A stretch of DNA of 64,000 nt from Eubacteriales bacterium (GCA_045542075.1 JAZQKI010000001.1:488-64487); one strand, 5' to 3'. Numbered from the stretch's first letter, positions 25,909 through 35,338 are shown. Notes: generated from the sequence alone by a model not told the origin. A program made the numbers and translations.

Positions 25909-26646
25909 TTATTTATCAAATTCGTCAATTACCTTGAAGGGAATATGGGAGGAGCTGCGAGGGAAAGGGTATCCAATCTCTACGGGAGCGACCCAATAAA
26001 CCGCGTTTGTAATGATTTTTTGTACGTACTCGTTATAGAAGGAGCGGCATAATTCGTGTCCGGGCTGGAAATAAAATATCTTGCCAAGTCCGCGTTCAAA
26101 GCAAACTCCGCTTCTGAATATGAAGCCGTCCTCATACCATGAGCCAAACACAAGCGCGTCAGGCTGGGGAATATAGAATGGCTCGCTGTACAGCTCCTCA
26201 AGCTCGAGCGTAAAATGCTCGGGAATGCCCTGAGCTATAGGGTGTGTGGGATAAAGATTCCATACAACCTCCTTTTGATCACGCCCCCACGAGAGATCTC
26301 CCGTAGTTCCGACAACGGATTTGAATACCTTGGAGTGATGTCCCGAATGAAGCACGACAAGTCCCATTTTGCCCGCATAAACCCGCTGACGTATTTTTTC
26401 AACAAGCTCGTCGTTTACCTCGTGGTGCGCCATGTGTCCCCACCATATAAGCACGTCTGTCTTGCTTAAAAGCTCGTCGGAAATGCCCTGATATTCATCA
26501 TCAAGCGCAGCAAGGGTAATATTTAAGTCTGTATTCTTGCCAAGAAAGCTTTTGATACATCCATGAATACCGTCGGGATATATTTCGCGGCAGGAGTCCT
26601 CAAGCTTTTCGTGTCGGTACTCGTTCCAGATAACAACGTTTAACAT
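25909..26646 (-). CDS. ThuA-domain (trehalose-utilisation-like) protein
   Basis: ATG 26646 follows CGGAGGA. Motifs include MLNVVIWNEYRHE...DVLIWWGHMAHHEV...LVVLHSGHHSK...HPIAQG...YFQPGHE. Confidence 0.8.
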   Translation of the reverse strand: MLNVVIWNEYRHEKLEDSCREIYPDGIHGCIKSFLGKNTDLNITLAALDDEYQGISDELLSKTDVLIWWGHMAHHEVNDELVEKIRQRVYAGKMGLVVLHSGHHSKVFKSVVGTTGDLSWGRDQKEVVWNLYPTHPIAQGIPEHFTLELEELYSEPFYIPQPDALVFGSWYEDGFIFRSGVCFERGLGKIFYFQPGHELCRSFYNEYVQKIITNAVYWVAPVEIGYPFPRSSSHIPFKVIDEFDK

Positions 26647-26858
26647 GATATAATCCTCCGTAAATAAAGTCATATTTCTGATTTAATTATACACGCTTTT
26701 ATGTATTATTTCAAGTACTTATTGAAAAATATAGATTCTGGAAAAGTTCGCAATTTTACTGAGAAGTACTTAAAAATGAGTGTAAAAAGCCTTTACTTTT
26801 TATTTAATATATGTTATAATTTATATAACTAATGTAAAAAGGACAGGGAATAGAACTC

Positions 26859-27545
26859 ATGGTAAATAATAAGGTTTGCGTCATTGTCGGCGGTGCAGAC
26901 GTTATATGCGCATATTCTGCCAAGGAAATGGCAAAAAACGGTTACGTAACCGCAATAGTTGACACAAATATTGATAATGCCAAGAAAATTGCAGATGAAA
27001 TATGCACATTTGGTGGTCTTGCCAAGGCGTTTGAGGGAGATTGCTATAGTTATGACTCCTTGTCACACGTGCATGGACTGATTTCGTCTGAATTCGGAAA
27101 ATGTAACGTAATTGTGAACAATTTGCAGTGCAGCTCCAACAATGAATCCGCGATGACGTGCGCATTGATATCAGCGAAGGTATTTGTGAATGAAATGATA
27201 GGTGAGCCGGGATGCTCCGTGGTCAATATTTTTCCCGGCGGCGAGCTTGAGAAAGAGGCAGAAGAGCTTACAAGAAAAATGGCTGTAAATCTTGCGGATT
27301 CAGGAATCAGAGTAAACGCGATAGCTTATAAGAATATAGTTGCAAAAAGCAACAAGAGCGATTTTTTTAATGACGACAACACGCCCACCCAAGCAGCGCA
27401 AACAATTCTTGATGCAATACCTATGGGCAGATTCGGAAGACCTGATGAGGTAGTGGGCGCGCTTAAATATCTGAGCGATCCCGTAGCAGCATCATATACA
27501 ACCGGTACGGTTATACGGGTTGACGGTGGGTATTCAGCGCGATAA
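26859..27545 (+). CDS. short-chain dehydrogenase/reductase-like protein with degenerate cofactor and catalytic motifs
   Basis: 228 aa. The SDR C-terminus is IRVNAIAY...PMGRFGRPDEVVGALKYLSD..ASYTTGTVIRVDGGYS. The Gly-rich motif reads VGGADVICAY. No Y-x3-K is visible where it is expected. Confidence 0.65.
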   Translation: MVNNKVCVIVGGADVICAYSAKEMAKNGYVTAIVDTNIDNAKKIADEICTFGGLAKAFEGDCYSYDSLSHVHGLISSEFGKCNVIVNNLQCSSNNESAMTCALISAKVFVNEMIGEPGCSVVNIFPGGELEKEAEELTRKMAVNLADSGIRVNAIAYKNIVAKSNKSDFFNDDNTPTQAAQTILDAIPMGRFGRPDEVVGALKYLSDPVAASYTTGTVIRVDGGYSAR

Positions 27546-27710
27546 TTTATAAAGTGTCAGATAGATAATCATAGGATATCAAACTTGACAAATTATTGTA
27601 AACTGTATTAAGATCGTAACCGTGCATCAAAGATCACGTTCTGACCGTGCGTCAAAAAATTACACAAGCAAGCTATAAGTTGTGTAAAATAAAAATTCAT
27701 TTTAGAAAAT

Positions 27711-27737
27711 CAAAAAAGCCTTATTGAATAAGGCTTT
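27711..27737 (-). terminator. hairpin with T-run on the minus strand, about 300 nt downstream of spoIIID
   Basis: A 10-bp perfect palindrome, aagccttatt g aataaggctt (27716-27736). The plus-strand A6 run at 27712-27717 gives a T-run after the stem on the minus strand. Confidence 0.55.
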
Positions 27738-28030
27738 GCAGAGAATTATGCAATTGCGAGAAATTGCACAGGGCATTTGAGCTTGTGTAAAAATATAATA
27801 ACACATAAAAAAAGAGACCGGGGGCAAGGGAAAGCCCTATATGGCAAGGAGACAAATAATTATACAAAATCAAAATTTTGTATAATTTGGGGTATGAAAA
27901 ATGGCCTAAAATGCTAAAAAAGCCCCCCTAAAACCCCTTTGACGCTCCTTCTGCCAATTTTTGAGGCTTTGGGAACGTTTTTTAATAATGCATGATTTCT
28001 TATTTATTCAAATCAGTTTTTTTGTAAGTA

Positions 28031-28297
28031 TTACGTGTTTTTTCCCTCGAACAAATATTTTTTCTTAGTTGCTTCGCCTCCGCGTATGTGCCGCTCCTCC
28101 TTGTTTTTTGCAAGCACTTGCTTTGCCTCATTGTACAGAGACGGATTTATGTTTTTCAGATTTTGAGTTATATCCTTATGTACAGTGCTTTTACTTATTC
28201 CAAAATGCGTTGCCACACTTCTGACCGTGGCATTGTTTTCCACTAAATACAACGCAAGCGTTACACATCTTTCCTTGCAAGACGATAAATACATCAT
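28031..28297 (-). CDS. spoIIID: sporulation transcriptional regulator SpoIIID
   Basis: 88 aa. ...VENNATVRSVATHFGISKSTVHKDIT..L..INP.L...V..VL..NK.ERHIRGGEATKKKY closely follows B. subtilis SpoIIID (FGVSKSTVHKDLT...RHLRGGEATK). Confidence 0.92.
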   Translation of the reverse strand: MMYLSSCKERCVTLALYLVENNATVRSVATHFGISKSTVHKDITQNLKNINPSLYNEAKQVLAKNKEERHIRGGEATKKKYLFEGKNT

Positions 28298-28383
28298 GTG
28301 ATAACCTCTGTATATATAAATGTTATTTCATTCAATTATATGACGCTTCGCTTGCTTATATTATATTAATTTGGGAGTTTTTA

Positions 28384-29181
28384 ATGTTTTTGCAAAATAC
28401 TATTGACAATCTCTATACCGATCAATTTGATATTTTTGAAGGTATGACCTCTATATCTGCCGTTATAAACTCAATAAATACAGGTGCCAATAACCGTAAG
28501 GTTATACGCGTGCTGTACGATAAGGACAAGGCAGTCAAAAAATCCCGTGAGCTTGCATTCCTGGGTATTATGTCTCAACGGCTTTCTTTCGAGCTTGTTG
28601 CCACAGACAGCTCGGAGCTGGATAATCTTGTATCCGGTACTACTCACGGTGGATTTGTAGCATTATGTACTAAAAGGACTCTGATCCCGCTTGCGAGTCT
28701 TGAATTATCCTCTGATAAGCCTTATTTTTTCGTGCTTCTTGAAGGTATTGAGGACCCTTATAATTTTGGATATTCCGTCCGCTCAATATATGCGTCGGGT
28801 GCTGACGGTATAGTGCTTCCTCCACGAAATTGGCTTGAGCTTTCAAGCACCGTAGCCCGCTCATCTGCGGGCAGCTCTGAGCTTGCGGATATATACGTAT
28901 CAGATCCCGTAGAAGCTGTTAAATTCTTTAAGAATAAAGGATTTTCAATAGTCTGCGCAGGAATTCGCGACTCGGTATCCGTGTACGATGCGGATTTTAC
29001 CAAGCCCACGCTTTTGATCGTCGGCGGCGAGAAACGCGGCATATCGAGAAAGCTTCTTGATATGTGTGACGTGACCGTAAGGATAGATTACGGCCGAGAG
29101 TTCAAGGGCTCGTTGCCCACTGCATCGGCAGTGGCTGTAATTGCCTTTGAGGTGGCAAAGCAAAGGCAAAAAAACGTATGA
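28384..29181 (+). CDS. TrmH/SpoU-family RNA 2'-O-methyltransferase
   Basis: 265 aa. LLEGIEDPYNFGYSVRSIYASGADGIVLP...LLIVGGEKRGISRKLLDMCDVTVRIDYG are SPOUT-class motifs. Confidence 0.85.
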   Translation: MFLQNTIDNLYTDQFDIFEGMTSISAVINSINTGANNRKVIRVLYDKDKAVKKSRELAFLGIMSQRLSFELVATDSSELDNLVSGTTHGGFVALCTKRTLIPLASLELSSDKPYFFVLLEGIEDPYNFGYSVRSIYASGADGIVLPPRNWLELSSTVARSSAGSSELADIYVSDPVEAVKFFKNKGFSIVCAGIRDSVSVYDADFTKPTLLIVGGEKRGISRKLLDMCDVTVRIDYGREFKGSLPTASAVAVIAFEVAKQRQKNV

Positions 29182-29282
29182 TTTTGTATAATTATCAGGA
29201 CTGAATTGCAAAAATATCAGCAAAAAAACATGTTGCATTTGGTCTGTCTGAACGATATGTTTGTTTGGAAAGGTCGAAATTT

Positions 29283-30128
29283 ATGAGAAAAAAGATATCT
29301 TTTATAGGTGTTGGTAATATGGCGAGCGCCATAATTGCGGGTATCACTTCGCAAAACAACCCTTCGCCATATCTTATGTCGGATATTATTCTTTACGATA
29401 GATCCCCCGAAAAAACAGTTGAATATCAAAGGCTCGGAGCAAGCATTGCATCATCAGAGAGAGCCGCGGCAGAAATGGCAGACTGCGTATTTCTCTGTGT
29501 AAAGCCCCAAAATTTTTCAGAGGTGCTTCCCTGCTTTGCGGATATTCCAGATATTGAGAGCAAGCTTTTTGTAACTATTGCCGCGGGAATATCTATGCAA
29601 ACCGTAGCTGATGCAACACACGGCGCGGCAGTTGTACGCGTATTGCCCAACACACCGATCATTGTGGGTATGGGGGTGAGCGCGGTCTGCACGACCTCCA
29701 ATGTGTCGGACGAGGATTATAATTTTGTATGCAATATATTTGCTTCCTCGGGCAGCGTGCTTGCTGTGGATGAGTCGCAGATGAACAGAATAATCGGAGT
29801 TACATCCTCCTCGCCCGCCTATGTTTTCGCGTTTGTAAAAGCGATATTTGAGGGCGCAGCAGCACAAGGACTTATAAAGTCTCCCGAGAATCCCGATGGA
29901 ATTGACCAAAAGCAGATGACAGACAGCATTTGTGATATGATAATTGGTTCTGCGCAGCTGATGAAGACGTCGGATATGACACCCGATGAGCAAATAAGCA
30001 GAGTTGCCTCAAAGGGCGGCACTACTGAGCAGGCACTGCTTGAGCTTGAAAGATACAGCTTTGGTGAAGGTGTCGTCAGCGCAATGAAAAAATGTACTCA
30101 AAGAGCCGATGAGCTTGGTAATAAATGA
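29283..30128 (+). CDS. proC: pyrroline-5-carboxylate reductase
   Basis: ATG 29283. Motifs include ISFIGVGNMASAII...CVKPQNF...RVLPNTP...VTSSSPAYVF...SKGGTTEQAL. Confidence 0.92.
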   Translation: MRKKISFIGVGNMASAIIAGITSQNNPSPYLMSDIILYDRSPEKTVEYQRLGASIASSERAAAEMADCVFLCVKPQNFSEVLPCFADIPDIESKLFVTIAAGISMQTVADATHGAAVVRVLPNTPIIVGMGVSAVCTTSNVSDEDYNFVCNIFASSGSVLAVDESQMNRIIGVTSSSPAYVFAFVKAIFEGAAAQGLIKSPENPDGIDQKQMTDSICDMIIGSAQLMKTSDMTPDEQISRVASKGGTTEQALLELERYSFGEGVVSAMKKCTQRADELGNK

Positions 30129-30152
30129 TTATAAGAAAAGGAAATATATAAG

Positions 30153-31136
30153 GTGGAAAAGAAAAAGCTAAAAAAATTCAAGCTGTTTGATATGAATCGC
30201 GATGGCAAGGGCGTCGAGCCCGGCGAGGACAGAACGCCGGGATTGAAGTTTTTCTTCAAGCAGCTTGCAAGAAAGTTCTCAAAATTACTTTCTTTGAATA
30301 TGTTGACTATGTTTCAGATCCTGCCCCTGGCAGCGATAGTTATACTTTATTTCTTTGCTATTCCCAGAACGGCGACACATGTTTATTCGGAATATCCTGT
30401 CCTGTTTGGAATGAATTTTGCGTCCTCCTCTGCTGTTACGTCCGCAAACCTCGGTATATTCTCGTATCAGTTTGGAATACAGGAGCACGGCACAAGTATG
30501 TATTGGGTGCTTGCCGCTATCGCAATAGTTTACGTTCTCACGTACGGTTTGCAAAAGGTCGGTACAATATACGTCACGCGTGGTCTTGTGCGCGGCGACA
30601 GTGTGTTTGTTTTTTCTGATTTCTTCTACGGCATCAAAAAGAATTTCAAGCAGGGCTTAATATTTGGAATTGTTGATTGTCTGTTTATGTTTATTATGGG
30701 ATATAACTTCCTGTATTTTTGGCCTCTGTTCGGCACCTCCGTGGGACTCAGCATAATGTTTGTTATGACAAGTGCTTTAATAGTGCTTTATATTATGATG
30801 AGGTTCTATATATACCTTATGCTTGTCACATTCAACATAAAAATAATAAAAGCAATTAAAAACGCGCTCATATTTACCGCGTTGGGACTTAAGAGAAATA
30901 TTATGGCTTGCATCGGACTTTTGATAGTCACCGCGATTGCTGTAGTGCCTATACTCTTCCTGTTTCCCAAGTTCGGAGTTGTAATAGTACTTCCCTTGTT
31001 GTACTATCTTGGAATTTGCTCGTTTATTTATACGTACGCGGCATATCCCGTTATTAAGAAATATATGATAGACCCGTCCCCGAGTGAGTCAAGTGAATCT
31101 GCCGAGAATGCGGCTGACGAAGCTGTTGAAAGCTGA
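30153..31136 (+). CDS. polytopic membrane protein (DUF624/YesL-like, uncertain)
   Basis: 327 aa with about 6 hydrophobic helices and an acidic C-terminal tail. It uses a GTG start. The family call is from weak recollection only. Confidence 0.6.
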   Translation: MEKKKLKKFKLFDMNRDGKGVEPGEDRTPGLKFFFKQLARKFSKLLSLNMLTMFQILPLAAIVILYFFAIPRTATHVYSEYPVLFGMNFASSSAVTSANLGIFSYQFGIQEHGTSMYWVLAAIAIVYVLTYGLQKVGTIYVTRGLVRGDSVFVFSDFFYGIKKNFKQGLIFGIVDCLFMFIMGYNFLYFWPLFGTSVGLSIMFVMTSALIVLYIMMRFYIYLMLVTFNIKIIKAIKNALIFTALGLKRNIMACIGLLIVTAIAVVPILFLFPKFGVVIVLPLLYYLGICSFIYTYAAYPVIKKYMIDPSPSESSESAENAADEAVES

Positions 31137-31142
31137 TCTTAC

Positions 31143-31178
31143 AATAAGGTCTTGCCACAACTGTGGCAAGACCTTATT
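31143..31178. terminator. bidirectional terminator between convergent genes
   Basis: Long stem aataaggtcttgccaca / tgtggcaagaccttatt. Confidence 0.8.
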
Positions 31179-31866
31179 GCTTTGTTCCTATAAGCTCGCT
31201 GACTGTTACGAAATTATAGCCTTTTTCAAGTAATACAGGTATAAAAAGCTCAAGAGCCTTAGGTGTTGGACTGTTTCTGCCTATGAAGTCATGCATCAAT
31301 ATCACGTCGCCCGCCTTTATGTTGTTTATCACGTTTTGAGCTATAAGATCGGGTGGAGTGTGTGCCCAGTCACGCGTGTCGAGGTTCCACAGTATTACCG
31401 TATAATCCATACCGTCTGCAATATTTGTCATCTCGGAGCTTATCATTCCCTCGGGCGGACGAAACAGCTTGGTTTTATATTCCGTCACGTTGAATATTTC
31501 CGCCTCACAACGCTCAATTTCACCTTCAAGTCTATATATATTGGAGCTCGATAGTGTTATATGGGAATACGTGTGATTTGCTATTTCATGCCCCCTACGT
31601 TCTGTTTCTATCAGTGCGCCGGGATATTCCTTTGCATTTTGACCTATAACGAAAAACGTAGCCTTTATACCGTATTTATCAAGAATGTCAAGTATTTGCG
31701 GAGTGTATCTCGGATGCGGTCCGTCGTCAAAGGTGAGAGCTATCTTCATCTGACTGTTTTTGTTGTTGAAATAGACCTGCTTTGATGCCTGACAGCAGAT
31801 GCTCCCTGAATAAAGCAATATCAGTATCAGGGATAAAAACAAGCATATGCCTTTTGTTTTTTTCAT
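31174..31866 (-). CDS. polysaccharide (peptidoglycan) deacetylase, NodB-homology domain, secreted
   Basis: 230 aa with a signal peptide. Motifs include IALTFDDGPHPRYTPQILDILDKYGIKATFFVIG...HEIANHTYSH...LFRPPEG. Confidence 0.88.
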   Translation of the reverse strand: MKKTKGICLFLSLILILLYSGSICCQASKQVYFNNKNSQMKIALTFDDGPHPRYTPQILDILDKYGIKATFFVIGQNAKEYPGALIETERRGHEIANHTYSHITLSSSNIYRLEGEIERCEAEIFNVTEYKTKLFRPPEGMISSEMTNIADGMDYTVILWNLDTRDWAHTPPDLIAQNVINNIKAGDVILMHDFIGRNSPTPKALELFIPVLLEKGYNFVTVSELIGTKQ

Positions 31867-32666
31867 TGAGAGCTATCACCCGATTCTCTACATAATTCGT
31901 CAAGATTTCCGAATCTGTAGCCTTGAGCCTTCAGCTCAATTATTACGTCCTGCAGTATCGCCGCGTTTGTACTTGACGTAGGATGCAACAAAAGCACTGC
32001 CCCGTTGTGAATATTGTCAAGTATTTTCTTTTTTGCAGCGAGGGGACTCATCTGCTTGTTGTTATCCCAATCCGCATAAGCAAAGCTCCAGAAAATAGTT
32101 TTATATCCCATCTCCTGTGCGTACCTTAAGCTGTTTTCATCAAATCTGCCTTCAGGAGGGCGATAATACTTTGAAAGCGTCTTCCCTGTTCTCTCAATGC
32201 AGGCAGTTTCAAGCTTTTCAAGCTCCGTGACGAATTCTTCCTGCGTCTTCCCAACCATACATTCGTGAGAATAGGTATGATTGCATACCAGATGTCCTTC
32301 ATTGAACATTCTGTTTATAAGATCTGTGTTTTTCTCAATAAGGTTGCCAAGCACGAAAAACGCCCCCGTTACGTTTTCTTTCTTCAGCACGTTGAGTATT
32401 TTTTCCACGTTACCGTTTTCGTATCCCGCGTCAAATGTGAGATATACCACCTTGTCCCCGTTACCGTCGCCGTGATTTTTATCTATACTGTAGCCACCGT
32501 ATTGACTTACAAATGAAATGTCTCCTCCGATTGGAGGTTGAGTGTGGTCTTTTGTGCGTTTGCAGTACCACGAAAACGATGCCGCAGACGTGACCGTGGG
32601 AAATATAAAGATACATATAAGACAAAACGAGGTAATGATTAAAAGAATTTTTTTGAGTTTTTTCAT
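31863..32666 (-). CDS. pdaA: PdaA-type polysaccharide deacetylase (delta-lactam-biosynthetic de-N-acetylase-like)
   Basis: 267 aa with a signal peptide. VYLTFDAGYENGNVEKILNVLKKENVTGAFFVLGN...HLVCNHTYSH...YYRPPEGRF resembles B. subtilis PdaA (YLTFDNGYENGYT). There is a 4-nt overlap with the downstream deacetylase gene. Confidence 0.75.
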   Translation of the reverse strand: MKKLKKILLIITSFCLICIFIFPTVTSAASFSWYCKRTKDHTQPPIGGDISFVSQYGGYSIDKNHGDGNGDKVVYLTFDAGYENGNVEKILNVLKKENVTGAFFVLGNLIEKNTDLINRMFNEGHLVCNHTYSHECMVGKTQEEFVTELEKLETACIERTGKTLSKYYRPPEGRFDENSLRYAQEMGYKTIFWSFAYADWDNNKQMSPLAAKKKILDNIHNGAVLLLHPTSSTNAAILQDVIIELKAQGYRFGNLDELCRESGDSSQ

Positions 32667-32794
32667 TTTGCACCTCCATAAAGCTTTCTTGATTTATTTT
32701 GTGTAGAAAAAAGCAATAAATTAGAGTGTAAAAAAAGAATTTACGCAAATTTTTTGATTTATCTACTTATTTTGTAAAATCGGCGGGTTGTATC

Positions 32795-32823
32795 TTGATT
32801 TTTTTGGTAACATAGGTTATAAT
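32795..32823 (+). promoter_or_regulatory. putative sigma-A promoter of the VTC/DUF4956 pair
   Basis: TTGATT (32795-32800), a 17-nt spacer, then TATAAT (32818-32823). Confidence 0.55.
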
Positions 32824-32867
32824 AAAAATGGACATTGAAGTTCAACTAATACGGAAGGACGGCATAT

Positions 32868-33596
32868 ATGGCAAAGCATACGTTTGAACGTCGCGAGAAG
32901 AAAATGCTTATTGACAATGAGCTTGTAGAAGATTTTGTCAATGATATTCTTGAATATATGACACCTGACGAGCACAATGTGGACGGCGAGCCGTATATGA
33001 TAAGCAACATCTATTTTGACGACGATGGAGACAATGTGATACGGCATTCCGTATCCAAGCCGCAGTTCAAGGAAAAGCTCAGAATAAGAAGCTATGGCGT
33101 GCCAGATAAGGATACGCAGGTATATATTGAGATAAAAAGAAAGCTTAAGGGCGTCGGAACCAAGCGTCGAGCAAAGCTTCCGCTCTGCCAGTTGAATGAG
33201 TATCTTCAAACTGGCAAGCATCCCGAGGGCATTAAATATATTGACGAGCAGGTACTCCGCGAGGTAGACTATTACCGCGCTATCTACGGTGTATCGCCAA
33301 AGATCTACATAAGCTATATGCGAAACGCATACTTTAGCAAAGAAAATAAAAACTTCAGACTAACGCTCGACAAGAAAATCACTACGCGGAGATATGATCT
33401 TGATCTCTCGCTGGGAAGCTACGGTGAGCAGCTTCTGCCCGAGGGCAAAACATTGCTTGAGGTAAAATTTGAGGGAGCGGTTCCCTTGTGGTTTGCCCGC
33501 ATAATGAGCAAATATTCCCTTTCATTTACTCCGTATTCCAAATATGGAGTAGAGTTTAAGCAGACGCAGAGAAAACAGAATTTTTCGGAGGTTTAA
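32868..33596 (+). CDS. VTC-domain (polyphosphate-polymerase-like, CYTH-related) protein
   Basis: 242 aa. ...YMISNIYFDDDGDNVIRHSV.KP.FKEKLRIRSYG....VYIEIKRKLKGVGTKRR...LLEVKF matches the bacterial VTC-domain pattern as I recall it. Confidence 0.7.
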   Translation: MAKHTFERREKKMLIDNELVEDFVNDILEYMTPDEHNVDGEPYMISNIYFDDDGDNVIRHSVSKPQFKEKLRIRSYGVPDKDTQVYIEIKRKLKGVGTKRRAKLPLCQLNEYLQTGKHPEGIKYIDEQVLREVDYYRAIYGVSPKIYISYMRNAYFSKENKNFRLTLDKKITTRRYDLDLSLGSYGEQLLPEGKTLLEVKFEGAVPLWFARIMSKYSLSFTPYSKYGVEFKQTQRKQNFSEV

Positions 33597-33602
33597 CAAC
33601 AA

Positions 33603-34292
33603 ATGCAGGAATTTTTTAATAAGGTGCTGACTTACCTTGATATTTCGACTATCACAGTCGGGATCGCGTTGAAGACCATAGTTTCGGCTTTGGTGATTTG
33701 CTTGATGATCTCGCTCGTATACATATTTACGCACAGAAAAACGGGATTTCCTTCATCAATGATAATTTCAATATTGCTTATGGGCCCCGTTGCGTCAATA
33801 ATTATTGTTTGTATCGGAAGTAACCTCGCAAGAGCTATTTCCATTGGCGGAGGTCTTGCTCTCATACGTTACAGAAATACCGTAGAAGACCCCAAGGACC
33901 TTGTGTATCTTTTCCTCTCGCTTGCTGTAGGTATGGCGTGCGGTACGGGCTTTATCGGATATGGCGCGCTTGCAGTGGGAATAATTCTGGCAGTTCTTCT
34001 TATCGCTAACCTTACAAAATTTGATTCCCTGGGCGGAAATATTATGAAGCTCACGATAGTGGTTCCCGAAAATCTTGATTTTGACGGAGTATTTGATCCG
34101 GTGCTTAAGAAATACTGCAGATATTTCCATCTTGAAAAGATAAAGACCACGGACTACGGAACTCTTGCGGAGCTTCACTACAGGATAAAGCTCAGAAATA
34201 TATCGACACAGAAGATGCTTATAGATGAGATAAGAGAAAGAAATGCTAATCTTAATGTCACCATAGTCAGAAAAGCAGTTGATAAATATTGA
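33603..34292 (+). CDS. DUF4956-like membrane protein (partner of VTC-domain proteins)
   Basis: 229 aa. The N-terminal half has 4 TM helices and the C-terminal half is soluble. It starts 7 nt after the VTC gene. The family call is by recollection of the usual VTC-DUF4956 pairing. Confidence 0.6.
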   Translation: MQEFFNKVLTYLDISTITVGIALKTIVSALVICLMISLVYIFTHRKTGFPSSMIISILLMGPVASIIIVCIGSNLARAISIGGGLALIRYRNTVEDPKDLVYLFLSLAVGMACGTGFIGYGALAVGIILAVLLIANLTKFDSLGGNIMKLTIVVPENLDFDGVFDPVLKKYCRYFHLEKIKTTDYGTLAELHYRIKLRNISTQKMLIDEIRERNANLNVTIVRKAVDKY

Positions 34293-34312
34293 TTATCATA
34301 AGGAACAATTAC

Positions 34313-34343
34313 AAAAATCCGCAGGAAAACTGCGGATTTTTGC
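34313..34343 (+). terminator. rho-independent terminator
   Basis: Stem aaatccgcag / ctgcggattt followed by TTTGCCTTTTT. Confidence 0.8.
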
Positions 34344-34451
34344 CTTTTTGGTGAAATATTTTTATTTTTACTCTATACAAAAAGTTTATTGTATGATATA
34401 ATAAATATAATAGTGTGCATTTTTATACTTAATGCTTGAAAGGATAGAAAA

Positions 34452-35306
34452 ATGGCAGATTACAAAAACAACGGTAATAAGAAATTCCGCTCGGACAATA
34501 ATGCTCCGCACAAGGATCATAAAAAGAGATCAGATAACAAATACACAAAAACCCCCGACGTAACCCCTGAAGCGCAGGAAGGTCTTATCATAGGCAGAAA
34601 CGCTGTAAGAGAGCTTCTCCGCTCCGGTCGTGACGTTGATAAGCTTTTGGTACAAAAAGGCAACCGTGAGGGTTCTATCGTTGTTATCGTTGCGGAGGCT
34701 ATCGAGCGCGGTATTCCCGTTGTTGAGTCAGATAAGTCAAAGCTTGATGCGATGTGCGGATTTGTTCCCCACCAGGGTGTTATTGCTATGGCGTCCGAAA
34801 AGGAATATTGCTCGGTCGAGGACATACTCGCTATTGCCGATGAACGCGGAGAGGCACCGTTTATCGTAATTGCCGACGGCATAACTGATCCCTATAATCT
34901 CGGCGCGCTTATCAGATGCGCGGAGGGTGCGGGTGCTCACGGACTCATCATTTCCAAAAGGCGTGCGGTTGGACTTACTCCGCTTGTTGCAAAATCCAGC
35001 ACAGGCGCTATAGAGCATTTGGCAATAGCAAAGGTAGCAAATATTGCTAATACAGTGCGCTCACTTAAGGAAAAGGGTATCTGGGTGTTTGCTGCGGAGG
35101 CGGGAGGCACGCCTTATTACGAGACTAATTTTAAGGGAGCGTGCGCTCTTGTATTTGGCAGTGAGGGTAACGGAGTATCCCCTGTCGTAGTAGAAAATTG
35201 CGACGGACTCACGTCCATACCAATGTACGGACACGTAAATTCCTTTAATGTATCTACTGCCGCGGCGGTAATATTATGCGAGGCGGCAAGACAAAATAAA
35301 GCGTAA
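34452..35306 (+). CDS. rlmB: 23S rRNA (guanosine-2'-O)-methyltransferase RlmB-type, with basic N-terminal extension
   Basis: 284 aa. Motifs include GRNAVRELLRSGRDVDKLLV...DGITDPYNLGALIRCAEGAGAHGLI...LVFGSEGNGVS...SFNVSTAAAV. Confidence 0.88.
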   Translation: MADYKNNGNKKFRSDNNAPHKDHKKRSDNKYTKTPDVTPEAQEGLIIGRNAVRELLRSGRDVDKLLVQKGNREGSIVVIVAEAIERGIPVVESDKSKLDAMCGFVPHQGVIAMASEKEYCSVEDILAIADERGEAPFIVIADGITDPYNLGALIRCAEGAGAHGLIISKRRAVGLTPLVAKSSTGAIEHLAIAKVANIANTVRSLKEKGIWVFAAEAGGTPYYETNFKGACALVFGSEGNGVSPVVVENCDGLTSIPMYGHVNSFNVSTAAAVILCEAARQNKA

Positions 35307-35338
35307 AAGCATCAAAAATAATTGGGAGGTGAGATATA

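Noticed and set aside
27841-27885. Mini-ORF MARRQIIIQNQNFV (14 aa) with a weak GGGAAAG upstream, in the spoIIID-downstream non-coding region
   Set aside because: It is too short, lies largely within a perfect palindrome, and has no supporting signal. I kept it only as part of the non-coding-region finding.
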